Shown: positions 12,728-52,820, numbered from the stretch's first letter. The stretch: DNA of 64,000 nucleotides from Amoebidium appalachense (GCA_963693365.1 CAVNZM010000002.1:9769059-9833058); one strand, 5' to 3'. Numbers and translations are program-made. The notes: generated from the letters alone by a model not told the origin.

Positions 12728-13365
12728 TCTGGTTAATACTTCTAGGGTTGCAGAGAGAATCAGTTGTGGCAGACCGTCAGTCACCGATGAGTCAGCTGAG
12801 AATACGAATTCCGATTGATTAGAAACCACCACTTCATTGTCACGACCCGTACGGGGCATACGTCAGTTTTCTTTTTTTCCTTCTTTTTTTCCCTTCTTAA
12901 TTTTTTTTTATTTTTTTTTTTCTTAAAAAAAAAAAGGGGGGGGGGGGGGAGGGGTGGGGGGGGGGGGGGGGGGGGGGGGGATCCGATCTAGAAATTGTTA
13001 CCTTTAATAGCTGATAACTTGTATAGATAGGTTCTTCACCATGGGATCCGGTGGGGAAAATGTATTTAAATTTACAAATACTAACTATTGTACATTATTG
13101 CTATGATGATGTCAACTACTGTGTTTGCGGAGTCCTGTGCAGGATGCCCCATGGATTTTATCGAATAAAGTTTTCAAAATCTTGCTGCCTGTTTTGAAAG
13201 TACTTCGCGCTGCCCGAACCGAGCTGGGGTTTTTAGCATTGCAGGCCTTGTACTTGCCAAGTACAACAGATATGTGCTGTATCTGGGCTTGAACTTTTTA
13301 ACAATTTGTTTTTTGCTTTTTTCTTTTTTATAAGTTTTTTTTGTTGTTGTCGCAGGGGGCGTGGG

Positions 13366-13401
<36 letters not shown>

Positions 13402-13592
13402 GGCGAGTATGTAGTAGTAAATATCGAGGGCACCTCTGGTGGTCCCTCCCTCCCCCTCTTCCCCCTTCCTGCCCGAGAGGAGATGGGTCCCCCCTCCCCC
13501 CCCATCTCCCCCCCTCTTTCCCCTTTGTATACTTTCGTACTCTACATTGAACACATTGTAACCCCCCTCCTCCCCAGGGTAGCCTCTCACAC

Positions 13593-13660
<68 letters not shown>

Positions 13661-14121
13661 ACTAACACACACACACGCACGCACGTACACACACACACTA
13701 CATAAACAACCTCACACGCTAAAGGCACACACACAGCGCCACATGCTCATACACACATACCATGCACCATTCATACCTTCACCGTCCAACCGAAAACATC
13801 ATATCGGAAACATTATCAACCGGAATTCGAGAGCTACCTAAGCCTAACCATTATGTTCACATGATAAGGATGACCCGAGTTTTGATACTTCTGTACACCT
13901 TAATTGGTTGCAAGCAAAAAAGAACAGACGGCCTTAGGCTTACCTTGGAAAAGTTTTGAATTACATGATTCGAACGTGGCTTGCAGAAGAATGATGTGCA
14001 AATTGTGGGATAGGATCAGTCGGATTGGGCACTATATTATGTAGCCTACACGGTGTGTGCCGCGGTGGGACGGCGCCTCAGGAAGCCTTAGCCCTTTTGG
14101 AAGTGAAGGAAGAACTGGAGA

Positions 14122-14160
<39 letters not shown>

Positions 14161-14439
14161 TGGGGGGGGGGGGGGGGTTTCATTTCATGGTGCACTGCTG
14201 CGGGTGCAGAGATTCTAGGATCACGAGAGACTTTCTGCAACAATTTATTATGGCCGCCCATCACTGACTGCACCCCCCCCCCCCCCCCCCCCCCCTCCGA
14301 CCGGCTCCCCTTCCGCCTGAAAAATCAATACTGCCTTAGTAGAATCTGAGAGGGAGAGGCTTTGGAAGACCATGCGGCTGTGTCTGACACCCTCGCTTGG
14401 GGCCCAAGAGGGGGGAGGAGGGGTGGGGGGAGGTTTCTG

Positions 14440-15860
<1,421 letters not shown>

Positions 15861-16684
15861 AAGGATGGAGTTGGGGGCTACTAACCATGGCCCGCAGTAT
15901 TACTAATTATTACCTCGATACGGCAGGCTATATGTCATCTCCCCCTTCAAGCTTCAAGTACATGTACACGTGATCACTGTAGCGCTGTCAGAGCTGTCAC
16001 AGCTGTGTTCTCGTGCTGATCCCGTGGTGCGGCACGTGTGCACAATTGGATCTCGCGTTTGTGGCACATCGTGATGAATCCACATACCACGGTGATAAAT
16101 TTTCAACCGCCCATGTAGTGTGAACATGACAGTAATCACCTCTGAATATTCGTTGTTCTATTTCATTCTACTTCTGTATTTTTTTTCCTCTCCGGTATAA
16201 TGACTGTATCTCAAAAACCACAGCCAGAAACGACCTGCACAATTAAGATTCCCCCAATTCCATCAAATTCCTATAGTTGCATAAATGGCTAATAAATCAT
16301 GCATTGAGATATCCGTCCTTGTTTATGTTGGTTCAATGTGCGCAAGCTGAGGAGCACAACGATGATAAAACTTCCCTCTGGTTTTTTGCCTTTACACTGT
16401 CAAGGTCGGGCCTTTGAGCCTCTGGTCGACACCGAATATATATAAAAAATATTTAATTGCCGCAGCGTAGTATAAACCGGCTTGTTATGTAGCCAGCGGG
16501 TATACATGCCGTCCAGACTCCTGGCCTAGTCCTGGGAGGCCCTACCTACAAATTGAGTGGCTCACGGGTGGCCGGACCCGATAAACTTTGAGCTCACCGA
16601 TTGGTGGTTACCAAATATGGGGCGTACATAAACATATAAGGCAAATACCACCCATGCCATTAGAAACACAGACAATGTCAGACA

Positions 16685-16690
16685 TATAAA
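16685..16690 (+). promoter_or_regulatory. Candidate TATA box of peptide precursor paralog 2
   Basis: TATAAA about 130 bp upstream of the ATG at 16816. Confidence 0.4.
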
Positions 16691-16815
16691 TATTCGTTCC
16701 AACCTGAAGGGGACGTATTTTGTGTCGACAAGTCACGGTTGGCGACACTCACCCAGCTGGACTGTGTTTTTATTTTGTAAGTGATAGTGTGGGAACGCTC
16801 CGTGACAACAGAGAC

Positions 16816-17622
16816 ATGGCAGCCTCCCTCACCTCTTTCGTCGGCGTGCTGCTTGCCTCCGCGGTTGTCGTGACCGCCAGGGTGCCGCCCACACCGCAGC
16901 ATGAAAGGGCAGCGCAGCGTTACGACTCGGAGGGGAAAAGTAGCAAAAGCGACCATATGCATGGGCTCACAGCCAAGGATATGATTGGCAGCTGCGTCCG
17001 CATGTGCCAAGCCAACGGCAACACGGACTGCTTGTACTGCTACGCCCAAAAGAAGAAGGCCACCTACGATTTGGACTTTAACAGAGCTGACTCTTTCTTT
17101 GACGGCTTGCCTGAGTTTCCCGATAACATGCCGGCAGCGCGCCACAGGCCCGACAACGTCGATTCTGATTATGAGGCCAAACAAGGGATGCCGACGAGCG
17201 ACTGCGTACGAGCGTGCGAGGCCAGGGGCCACACAAGCAATGATTGCATCATGATGTGTTTCCAGAACAAAAAGGCCGCCTACGACATAGGCAAACGGTC
17301 AGAGCGGCCGCACCCGCGCCCTCGAGCCGAGTTCGTAGGCTCTCGAGTCGATTCTTATTATTGAGTCCAAAGGGACATATGACTACGACGACTGCGTGCA
17401 AAGGTGCCGGGCCCGTGGCCACACTGCTGCAGCCTGCAACAGCATCTGCTTTCAGAACCAAAAGGCGGCATATGGCATGGACGAGCGGTTAGAGCGGCCG
17501 GCCCAGCATCCACAGGCCAAACCGTTGCAAAGTCACAAAGCAACCGGGAATACCAGCTGACGAAGCTTACCTTGGCGGCAACCCCTGCCCGGAGGACGAC
17601 GGCTTCAATTTACACACCTTGA
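16816..17622 (+). CDS. Secreted multi-core cysteine-rich peptide precursor, paralog 2 (3 four-Cys cores); frameshifts near 17361 and 17521, C-terminus uncertain
   Basis: Signal peptide MAASLTSFVGVLLASAVVVTA. Cores CVRMCQANGNTDCLYCY and CVRACEARGHTSNDCIMMCF, and after removing one T near 17361, ESKGTYDYDDCVQRCRARGHTAAACNSICFQNQKAAY. Confidence 0.8.
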
Positions 17623-18375
17623 ACCGTGCCGTACGAAATTTCGCCAATGAAGTACTAAATAGAAACTAACCCGCCATCATTCCGGCAAATGTGCGGTGTA
17701 TAATAAGAACCACCATTTAGCATAACTTCATCAGGTAGTACGGCCCGAGTTTCCATTGTAAGTTAATATAATCTGGTTTGCTGTGAGTGCGTCCCATGCA
17801 TTTTTTCATTTGTTAGACCGTTAACAACTTCAAAGTTTAGTGTGTCGGATTCGTTGATCGACATCAGTATGAACTTGAGACACACTCAGAGTAAGGGTGG
17901 TAAAGTATACATCTACTGCCGAGGCAGACTGAGCTTCCTGGTGCTGTGCAGGACCACCCGTGGTGCACCGAGTCGTTCTGCTGCACGCAGGTGATTTAAA
18001 AATAATAATCTTGTTCTGTGGTCTGATACGGCGGCATGTATTTTCACGGCTGTTAAATTGTGTCTAACATTGCAGTCATTAACAGAACGTACGTATGTAT
18101 GCTTGCTGCACTACACAAACATTCTATACTGTTCAGCTATAAATTTCTGGGCTCAGGGGTTAAAACCGTTAATTCTAATGCGTATGGGTGCCACCGGGAT
18201 TATTAAAATGTTAAGTGGAAGGGGGGACTGCTTAGCACATCTCTCACATCTTTCCACACCCCCTCTCAGTGTCGAAGTATTGACAGCAGATGCCCTAGAA
18301 CTTGCCAACAAGTTGATGGGCATGCAGCTGCCCGAGGCCCCACCGGGACTCCCGGGTGGGTGGGTGTGTGTGTGT

Positions 18376-18440
<65 letters not shown>

Positions 18441-19826
18441 CGAGTAAACTAACTCACACACTGATCATTGTACAGGACAAACAATGTAGTCGAAACCCGC
18501 ATGATGGCAATGTTGACACAGGTGCACTACGAGACACAAACGACTCCACACATGCTCACACACACACGACACACGCACACGCGCGTGCATGATACACGCA
18601 CACGCGCACACGTACACGCACACACACACATACACACAACACGTGTCACACACAGTACCATGGCACAAACACCCTCACGCACAAAATTCAACACACACAC
18701 ACACACACACACATGACCACAGCGTGAGCATCCGAGACGAGCTGCATACACTCTCAGGCATACTATGAAACCCGGAACACTTGACGTGCACATACCTGCC
18801 CCTCTCACTTCGCCCCTGAGCACCACCACTCGGATTTTTCCTTTCTCTCTGGTGCACACACACAAACGTGCATCCACAGGGCTTGTGCATTGCCAGCAGA
18901 ACGAATGTACATGTACATCCACTTCCTGTGACGCGCATCCACATACACCTGGCAAAAAACTTTTAAAAGCCAGCTAATGGCACTGTGTCATAACACCTGC
19001 ACAACATGCCGGGGCTATTGCTAGCTGGCCCCTCGGAGAACAAACACGCACGCACGCACAGGATTAACCAGCCTTCAGAGGTCGGAAAACCTATCAATAA
19101 CGTGATGCATATGCACTGTGCACATTATCGAGTGAATGCGTACAAGTATACTAAGTTGCAGTCCGATCGTTAAAACCCGTACTACAGTAGTATATTTCGC
19201 ACCTTCATTTGTCTGAATACTGATTGCCCTAATGAGCTATGGCACCCCCCGATACTGTTGAAAATGTCCTCCAATCACTAGATGATTTCCACTACACTAC
19301 ACATGTTAAACGTTTCTTACTGGTCTTCCCACACCTATCTCTAATATTATTATTGTTAGACGCCTTTTCGATTCTCTATACGCACTCACACCACCATCCC
19401 AACGCGTACACGAATTAGCCCTTAATTTTCACGCCCGCACATCACACGCCTGTCCGCATGTGCCCCGGACCACGGTGACCCACTCTTCCGACTACATATG
19501 GGTAACTCCAAGAGACAGTCATAGTTTATTCGGACAGCCAGGTCCACAGGTATCTTCTGCCTGCCATATATAACTTACATGCAAAAATATGTATCACATC
19601 GTCAGTCAGTCACAGGATAAATATGCCTAATTATCGACAACTTCTCTTCAGTTTCCATTATTACAAGTCATCAAGACTTCTTGCCTTATATACCTTTTGC
19701 GTTTCAAGACTACCATACTAATATATTGGGGACTTTAGCATCTATCGCAGAACATGTGCAAACTGCAAGACACAGTGAACGAACCAATACAAGAATTTGG
19801 TGGGAAAGAGGAAGAGAGAAGAGTAG

Positions 19827-19861
<35 letters not shown>

Positions 19862-20234
19862 ACAAGGGAAAGGCCTGTGCGTGTCGAGAATTTCCCTTAA
19901 GTGTCAGCAAGCCACCGAGCGTCGTTGTGCATTACGTGTGTTGTGCATGAATACCCATAGATAATTTTTTTGATATGCAGCACCTGCACACCCGTAATCA
20001 GGTAAAATGGTGATTGGAGGTGTGTGACATTGTTGTTCGCTCTGTGTTGGTTGTGGTGTGACATGGTGGTGGCGGTGGTCGGGGGGAGTTGGGGGGGGAA
20101 TTTGGGGAGTTGGGGCCCAACGCTAGGGCGGAAGTGACAAAATAATGTCCATAAAGTGACACAGTATTAGCCAGATCAAAACCAACCCACATACCCCCCT
20201 CCCCCCTCTCTCTTCTTCCTCTTCCCCCCTCTCC

Positions 20235-20269
<35 letters not shown>

Positions 20270-20300
20270 CAACAACAACAAAAAAAAAAAGTTGAGAATA

Positions 20301-30609
<10,309 letters not shown>

Positions 30610-31742
30610 GTTTGTGTGCGAGTGTGCGTGTGTGTGCGCGTGTGTGTCTGTGGCTGTGGGTGTGTGTGGATATGTTGTGCAGGAAGGTAGGGTGTGTTTG
30701 TGTCTGCAGGGAGATCTGGGGGGTGTAGGAAAGATGTAGGTGTGCTTGCCAGCAGTTGTTTTGAACGTCTTACGCGTGTTATCAACAGGATAAGTTGGCT
30801 TTAGCCTTAAACATATATTTAACTTAACCGAGACAAAAGGGATCTTTAACCTGTGCTGTTCGTGTGCTTGCCCTCCCTTCTACGTGCACTGCCCGGCAAA
30901 TAAGTGTACCAGTACGCATGCAGTGCCGCGTGTGGTGTAGTGTCTCACACCACGAGCCCTATCACTAAGTTGTTAATGATAGCCAATGTTTAACCTATCA
31001 TAGGCTATAAAGTAGGGCAGTGCCAGCTACATAGGCAAAGGGGAGCCAACGCGTACGTGCAAATAGATGTTTTTCACGTGTGGCAGCTAGCGCGGGGGAA
31101 GTTTCGGCATGTGTTTGCGCATGCGCTGGTCCTGGTAACGCTTGTTATGTACATAGCGGCGAATTATTTGTATGATATTTATGGATTTTGGGCTTATGTT
31201 TACTTTAAAGTATTTAAGAATTGATAAATGACGTCATGTCCCTGCGTTAAAAGTGCCAGTATTTCTTGATTAAAATTTGTTATGTTGCCACGGTACCAGG
31301 CATCGTTACCTTATCGCCATCGATCACGATGCGTACAGAAAACGGAAACTAAACTCTGTGGAAGTACATAATCCAAGAGTTCACGGGGTACGGTGTAGAC
31401 TGCACATGCACCGTGGCACATTCATGGCATATTATTCTCGAAGGTCAGCAGCTGTGACCGCGCCGTTGCCTCCCTGTAAGGGGTTCTCCCACATCGACAT
31501 CTTAGCCGTGTAAACTGGCCTTAGAAATCATTAGATCTAGGATCCACCAAACTTGGCTGGCCGCATTCGTTGTCTTTTCGAGCTGTGCAAGCAGTTCACA
31601 ATGTATTTGTGAATGTATGTGTTTGTGTGTGTGTGTCTGTGTGTCTGTGTGTATGTGTGGGTAGTGGGTGTGTGTGTGTGTGTGTGTGTGTGCAAGCGCG
31701 CCTGTGTCTGTGTGTGTTAATCATAGTGTGTGTGTGTACATG

Positions 31743-31774
<32 letters not shown>

Positions 31775-31792
31775 TGCGTGCGCGTGCGCGTG

Positions 31793-31823
<31 letters not shown>

Positions 31824-32043
31824 GTGTGTGTGTGTGTGTGTGTGTGCATGTGTGTGTGTGTATCAGTTCATCGTATAGGTTACACTGACTTAAGACTGGG
31901 TAATTCTTGCGAATGATGAATTGTGTCGTGAAAAATTTGTGCATATGGTGTGTCTTTATGCCAACGTTAACTTTTACTTTTCTACCCATTCTTAGTTTCC
32001 TGACCTGGCGCCCCCCCCCCCCACCCCCCCCTCCCTCCCCCCC

Positions 32044-32089
<46 letters not shown>

Positions 32090-32317
32090 TCCATCCGGGA
32101 GGGTGCCACCAGCGTAGGAAAGATGCTTGCTACATACGGTATATCTGGGAAATTCAAACGATGAAGGTTAAACACGGAAAACTTAAAGGGTAATCCCTGA
32201 AAACTTAATCATGCCGGTCCGGCCCCCGGGGGGCCCTTCTCTCACTGACACAGTGTCCAAAATCATGTTCGTCAAGGCTTTCGGCAATCCCTTTCCTTCC
32301 TTTATCAATGAGCCCCT

Positions 32318-32360
<43 letters not shown>

Positions 32361-32365
32361 CCCCC

Positions 32366-32402
<37 letters not shown>

Positions 32403-32542
32403 CCTCCAAACCCCCCTCTTTTTAAGTTTATCCCTGGTTGGTTGGGTGGAGAGGGGGGGGGGGTTTGTGGGGGAGGAGAAGGAAAAAAGTCGAAGCCCCC
32501 CCCCCCCCCCCTTCCCCCCGCTTTCCGGGAGCCCCAACCGAG

Positions 32543-32603
<61 letters not shown>

Positions 32604-34893
32604 GGGATATCGTGTGCATAACGCACGTGTGCACTTGCCACGAACAAAGGCATGGTACACGAACCTGGCCTATTCGTGACAGGTGTGGTCAGAATCTTGC
32701 ACAACAATTGGGAATGTACAGACACAGCAATTAGAACAAAGTGACAACAGCGAAAACGTGACAAACAGGGGTACATAATGTCAGTGAGTATTTCTCGACA
32801 TTTGCGCAAGTCAATCCCACTGGGCCCCAACACCTGGGGTTGGAATTTGTCTTGAGTTCAAGTTACTGACGTACAATACTATATGCACATACACGTAGAT
32901 GCCCCATGGTTCAGTTGGCGGAACACGGCTCACGGTTAGTGAATTTCGAATTTTCTCATACTACCCACTGAGGAAAGACCTGGGTTTGAATTAAAACTCA
33001 AAACTCTGCTCTTAGTGAAGAAGAAAGGAATAGCCCCCTTCCATCCCATTTTCAAATCAAGTTTCACTTTTAGTTTTCCCTCTTCCCCAAGCTAGTTTTA
33101 TTAACATATAAACGTTTTCTTGCTGAGGCACAACATGGTGTTTTCACTTCTGCGCCCAGCCATTTTTGGCATACCCTCTCTGGCCCGCACACGCATTTTG
33201 CGCAAACTCGCACCTGGTGCCCACCCATTCCCCCCCACTTCCCTTCTCTCTCCAAAAATCAACCGAAGAGCCTTCATTCTGCCTGCCTCCCCAGCACATC
33301 TCTTGCAATACTACCCTCGTCGTGCTCCGGTTTCGAAATTTACCTGATCCTTCCTCTCGCTATCTCACTCCCTCTTTCTTTTCTCTTCCTGTTTTTTCTG
33401 CTTTTTCGAGTTATTACCATACGCAGTAAAGTTTCTTTCTCGTTCTGATAGAGAAATCAAAGGTAAAACTCAGTCGGCATGTGTTATGTTCCTTAGGCAA
33501 CACCGTACCGATCATTATCGCTTTTGGGGACCTGTGGCAGGATACATTTCTCCTGCTGTACGTATGGATACCACCCTAGTCGATAAGTCTGTATGGTTCT
33601 CTGATGTTGATATTGCCTGGGAAGTTGTGCAGTGGCGTTGTAATTCTTGTTTCCATCGCCGCTGGTGCCACTTTTGTGCCTAACTTTTTAATCGAAAGCA
33701 TGTTGATAGGTGTGAGTTTTTATGTCGCGTTTTACCTCTTTCCCTACGGGTGTCTGCTACTCTGGCTGGCAATGTGAACACTTAAGACTTTTTGCAAGTT
33801 GAATTCTGTTGGTCGTCACATTGAGTATTTATATGATTTTCACACAGTGTTCAGGTATCTCAGTATGCACTTGTTACTGGATAACTCGTGAGGTTTTTAT
33901 TGTCTTCTCAGTATGCCGTGCATACTTGCATATCTTTACGTCGAATAAATCCAGTCAAAAGAAAATTTTTCCCTCGTTTTTAGGAAACTCCCGGACTGGC
34001 GGCGGTGGCAGTGGGTGGTGGCTGAAAGTGGTGGGATGTCGTCAAGGGGGAGTCGTGGCGAGGGGGTACAGTTGCAGCGCGTTGAAGACAACAACCGGGT
34101 GCAGGTGAGGGTTGTGTCAGCCTGGCGGGTGATTTGGGGTTTTTTTTTAATCAAGTGCATGTAAGGGAAGAGGAGAGAAGGGAAAAAGGGGTGAGAAGGG
34201 GTGGGGGGAGGATGGAGGGGGGGGGGAGGGGGGGGGGGGGGGGGTTTAAAGGAGCCGTTCAAGAAGAGGGCCCGAGGGAAATGGCACGTGCACAGCAGAC
34301 CAAAGGCAGGCCCGTTGGGTTAGGTGGTTGGTGGGTGGGTGTTTTTTTTTTTTTTGTGGGGGGGGGGGGGGGGGGGGGGGGAGGGGGAAAGAGTTTTTTT
34401 TTTTTTTTTTTTTTTTTTTGGGGGGGGGGGGGGAGGGGGGGGGGGTTGTTGTTGTTGTTATTGTCTAAACTGAACACTGGAAACACACGAATGTTAACTT
34501 GGCCGCGGCCAAAAGGTATGAGTAGATTTGCGTGATGTCGGATTCCTTTCGTCAAGTCTCCTTGCTCCACGATTGCTTGCCAAAATTTCCGTAACCGTTA
34601 TGGGAATTTTGGATGACCAGGCTCTCCTTCATCTTGCTCTTCCTTTAACTGACTTAAAGATCATCCCCTAACTGCAGTTTTCCCACCACCACTGACACGT
34701 CTGCAAGTGCCGTGGCCAAACCATCCTCGGGGTGTGTTCATGCTAGACCACATGCAAACATGGATGAAGGTTCGACCCCCCCGCCCCCCACCCCCTCTTC
34801 CGCCCCCTCCCCCTCTTCCCCCTCCCCCCCCCTCCTCATCATGCTCAGTGACAAGACAACAAATACGCGAATCCTCTCCCCCCCCCCCCCCCC

Positions 34894-34967
<74 letters not shown>

Positions 34968-35003
34968 CTTGGTTAACCGCGAACGGGCAGGCGGGCGGGC
35001 GGG

Positions 35004-35038
<35 letters not shown>

Positions 35039-35384
35039 CTGCTGTGTGTGTGTGTGTTTGGTGGCTTGGTTGGGGGACGGAGGGCCGGTGGGCGGGCAGG
35101 GGGAGGGGGGGGGGGGGGGGGGGGGGGGGGTTACGAGGGTATTATATATGCCTTAGCGTCTGCAGCTATCAGAATAGGAAAACACGAGAACAGTGATAAA
35201 ACCGGATTTGAACAATTTCAAGTATGCCGTGCATACTTGCATATCTTTCCGTCGAATAAATCCAGTCAGTCAAAAGAAAGAAAAAAAATTCAAGAATGTG
35301 CAATCCGATTGTGCCGCAACTATCTGTTCACATGATAATCAAGGAAAAGCAGTGTCCTAAAAACATCTCCAAATTTCACATCAC

Positions 35385-36534
35385 ATGTCTCACGCATATC
35401 CCCACACAGTCACCATCACCATCACCATACCCAGCGAGGCTGACGACATTCCGTCTACCACCATCACTGATAGTACCCTCCCACCTGTTGCCACCTTTAA
35501 CAACTGTCAAGACACCCACCCTTCACCACTTGAAGAACAGCCCCAACCTTCAATGGAAAAAGGTTCCGACAACACGCCCAAATGCGGCGAGAAAGATCGA
35601 ACGCCAAACTCTCCCAAGGAGTCAGATTCAGCCGTCGACGAGATCAGGCAGAAACTTAAGACAAGCAGGGACCCACCACACGTGAAGAAGTGGACTACTT
35701 AAAGCAAGAGCTGCGAGTCCTAACTTGCCTAATCGGGCAAGGAAAGTCACCCAAGGAGTTGCAGATCGTCATGGGAAGCATACAGCAGGAGGCACGCAAG
35801 ACGGTTAAAGAACGCCTGGAAAGGTGTGGGTGGGACGGGTCGTGGGAGCCCTATACATGGGCCGAGGAACCAATCATTTGGGACGGTGTGCGCATACCAA
35901 GCCTGTGGCTGCAAACGCCCGGCGGGGGAAGACAAAGATGATTCTTTAACACACACCAAGGCCGTCGGGGCCGAGCCCTTCGAGATTTGCTGGACCACGT
36001 TTAGGTTTTTGGCCAAGCAAGTTCCTATGGACCCCATTTCTGTCGGCGACACAAGCCATAGGTACCCCTACGATTCACGGATTTACGTGGCAATATATTC
36101 TCCCGAGGAGAGAGATCACCGGTTCAATAGCAGAGGGTTGAGTCTCGAAGGGCCCCTCGTTTTTGGACTGGTGGATCAATACCCTTTCCGGCCATCGGAA
36201 AAATGGTCTATTGACATAACCCCCCCCCAAAATGAACCTGTACCGACCAAAAGTGGCCATGTCTCTTCAAAAGGAACCCAGGAAGCAGTCGAAGATTCGA
36301 AAAATGCGGGGGATAATCACAAAAACGCTGGACGTCGTGGGTGCTGAAGGTGAGAACGGGGACCGAAATTTTGGGGAATCGGTTTTGTTCCTGCCACAGT
36401 ATGAAGGGCTAACCTACCACAACCACATTCTTCTTGCGGAAGGGTACGACGTCATAACTCTAAACAATTCGTTGGAGTTTAGGTCGAAGAAAGGGTATTC
36501 TGATATCTGGGTATATCTCGAGGACAAGGAGTGA
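35385..36534 (+). CDS. Intronless orphan ORF of about 380 aa, broken into four overlapping frames (hypothetical protein or pseudogene)
   Basis: ORFs 35385-35702, 35690-35941, 35826-36347 and 36232-36534 overlap head to tail. Two junctions fall at homopolymers (about 35925 and 36225). Complex, microsatellite-free sequence; no motif recognised. Confidence 0.5.
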
Positions 36535-36869
36535 GAACGGAAATAGATATTCAAGAATTTTCCCGTGTGATTTCCGGGTTTTGGGGAGCCCGCTAACGTG
36601 TTTTGTTTATTTGTTAAAATAAATTCCATTTTTTTTTTGTTGTTCAAGTTGTTGCCGTCAAGTTCTAAATATCTTTCTAAACTTCAACCCAGCAAAATAA
36701 ACACTCTCTGTATACAGCCCTACAAAGTCACTGAGCACATACAATCACGCAGACGGTTTACACACGTAACACATATGCACACATGCACACACGCACACGG
36801 AACACATAGGCATGCACACACGCACGCACGGACACAGACACGCCACATGCATGCACGCAGGCACGCACG

Positions 36870-36895
36870 CACGCGCGCGCGCGCGCGCACGCGCA

Positions 36896-36969
<74 letters not shown>

Positions 36970-37063
36970 TGTAGCAAGTAGTGAGGTGAGAGGCTTTTAT
37001 ATATGTACCTTTTAACTACTGTGATGCGGTGTTTGTACATAAATGTACGCGCGCGCGCGCGCG

Positions 37064-37123
<60 letters not shown>

Positions 37124-37201
37124 TGTAGCAAGTAGTGAAGTGAGAGGCTTTTATATATGTACCTTTTAACTACTGTGATACGGTGTTTGTACATAAATGT
37201 A
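36870..37201. repeat. Tandem duplication of (GC)n(CA)n plus about 80 bp
   Basis: ctttgtagcaagtagtga...gtttgtacataaatgta occurs at 36967-37047 and 37121-37201. Confidence 0.9.
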
Positions 37202-37496
37202 TGGTGATAAGGTGCTTGTAGGTATGGCGATATGGTGTTTGCATATGTAGATATGGCAATATGGTGTTTATGCAATGTATGATGATTAGGCTTCACATTT
37301 GTGGATACGTGCCGTGGTGACCCCGCCCGAAGAGTTGGGAAAGAGTACACATGTATAAGAAGCACAACATATCAACTTCATTTTATTGTGCATGGAAAAA
37401 ATCTTCAAAAAGTGGAAAGTGGAACAAAACGCTATAAAAAGCCGCACAGGCACACGGTTCTCTCGCTCAACAAATGAAATGAGGCACAGCCTTCGA

Positions 37497-37700
37497 TGTG
37501 ACCTGCACATATATGCCCATCGCTGCATATATATCCATAATTGTGACCTGCACATGTATCCCACCACTGCAAATATATCCGTTATTGTGACCTGCACATG
37601 TATCCCACCACTGCAAATATATCCGTTATTGTGACCCGCACATATATCCTATTGCTGCACACCTTTCCGTTATTGTGACCTGCACATATATCCTACTATC
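37497..37700. repeat. Minisatellite, unit about 44-45 bp (tgtgacctgcacat...)
   Basis: About 5 tandem units. Confidence 0.85.
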
Positions 37701-38069
37701 CAAAACTGTGGCGTGCAAATATATTCGCGAATTCTTGCCTGGACAGATCGCCATGCATCTCAACCCACCTATCAAACAACACGAAGCCTATCAAGGGTTA
37801 AAAAGTGAAAACGTTAATACGGAGATCGATGATTATAAAAATGCAAATAATAAGACTTACACAAACAGGACTCCGCATAAGAAAACACCGTATAGAGTAT
37901 AAGAAGACGCCTTATGGCTTCAATGACAAGGACACGCATAAAAGGAACGAGAAAAGGGAATAGAAAATGTTCAAGACGGTACAGTCTGAACACGTGTATA
38001 ACGGTTTTGTGTGGGTTTCACGGCTATTCGATAAAAAGGTTAAAAAAGAATGTGTGTGTAAACCCACCA

Positions 38070-38117
<48 letters not shown>

Positions 38118-38382
38118 TTGGCTGGGTAGGGGATGAAAAAAGAAAAGTTAAAAGCGTATTCGTGTGAAACCTGGTGCTTGGACCATCCGCAGCCTGTTGA
38201 AGGCCTCGTAAAACAGTTTCCTGTCTTCGAACAACTCGGAAAAAAAAAACGAAAAACCTGCAAAAAAAAAAAAACACGAGATTCCACCTTAAAATCATCA
38301 AACAACCTATGCAACCTGGAGGCCTCTAAGGAGCTTGCTTGCCTATTTAGGAACTTTCCTTGTGCTTCATTGGTCAAAAGCA

Positions 38383-51769
<13,387 letters not shown>

Positions 51770-52786
51770 ATTCGCGTTTTTTTTTGTTTTTTTTTTTTAA
51801 ACCGTAGACTCCGCAAAGAACGCGTGACAAACAACGTATTGTTGCTAGCGGCGTCTGTTAAATTAATGTGGGTGTGTGTGTGTGTGGCTGGAGTGTGGTA
51901 GGTTTGATTAAAACACCGTGAAATGCTGAGAGAAACTCACAACATTCGCTTCCTTGTACACGCTGCTGCCGTCTAGGAGCTTATTCACCTACGTGTGCAT
52001 ACCGAGTGGGTATTCTATGGGTACATTGGCAATCCGTGGAGCCACTGCCGTAACTACAGTGACACCAGCGGGACAACAGCCTGAAGTAGGGAGAGTAGGC
52101 GTAAATAGCGTACTTCAACAGCAGCTGAAACGCCCCCACAAAGCAACTGGTTTTTCTGGTGCGTGATATTAAGCTAATCACAAAGAGGCTATGGATGTAG
52201 GTTGTAGGCCCTGTGACGATGTAGAGCATTCAGGACCACAAGAAAAATGGCTCGAGTTCAAGGGAAGGGCGGAGTGGAGGGGTAAAAAGGGATTAAAAAA
52301 ATGGCTTAGATAAAAAATGTTTTATTATGGTCTTGAAACCCAAGCTTTATATTAGAATATACATGCAGAGTATGGAGCGGGTAACTTCAGCTGAGCCAAC
52401 AAAAGCAAGAAACCAATCATATCAATCTACCTTAGGCATTTACATGGGAATGTCGACTAGAATAGAGAGCCAATTAAACGCAACTATGGAATTAGATGTA
52501 ATGTCTTCGGATTGGTCACCTTTACCTCAGTAAACCCGTTACGCCAATCGGAAATCACTTAGCCTTTTTGATAACAGGAATCTAGTTAGCCAAATATAGG
52601 CATAACTAAAAATCTCAGCCAATGAATTTGAGGCGCGGGGCCGCCCCTGCACGCGTGCCGACCCAGTCCGATTTTCGGTTACAACTTTGCTGGGAGTCGT
52701 TCACAAGAAGGTGGTGGTGGTGGTGGTGGTTGGGGGGGTAGGGGGGGGGGGGGGGGGGGGGGGGGGGGAGGGGGAGGGAGGGGAGA

Positions 52787-52820
<34 letters not shown>

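Noticed and set aside
18285-18357. Possible isolated plus-strand exon (ALELANKLMGMQLPEAPPGLP)
   Set aside because: No partner exons or recognisable homology found.
32090-32315. Possible LINE RT fragment (LATYGISGK...FINE)
   Set aside because: The similarity is too weak; no QG or YADD motif.
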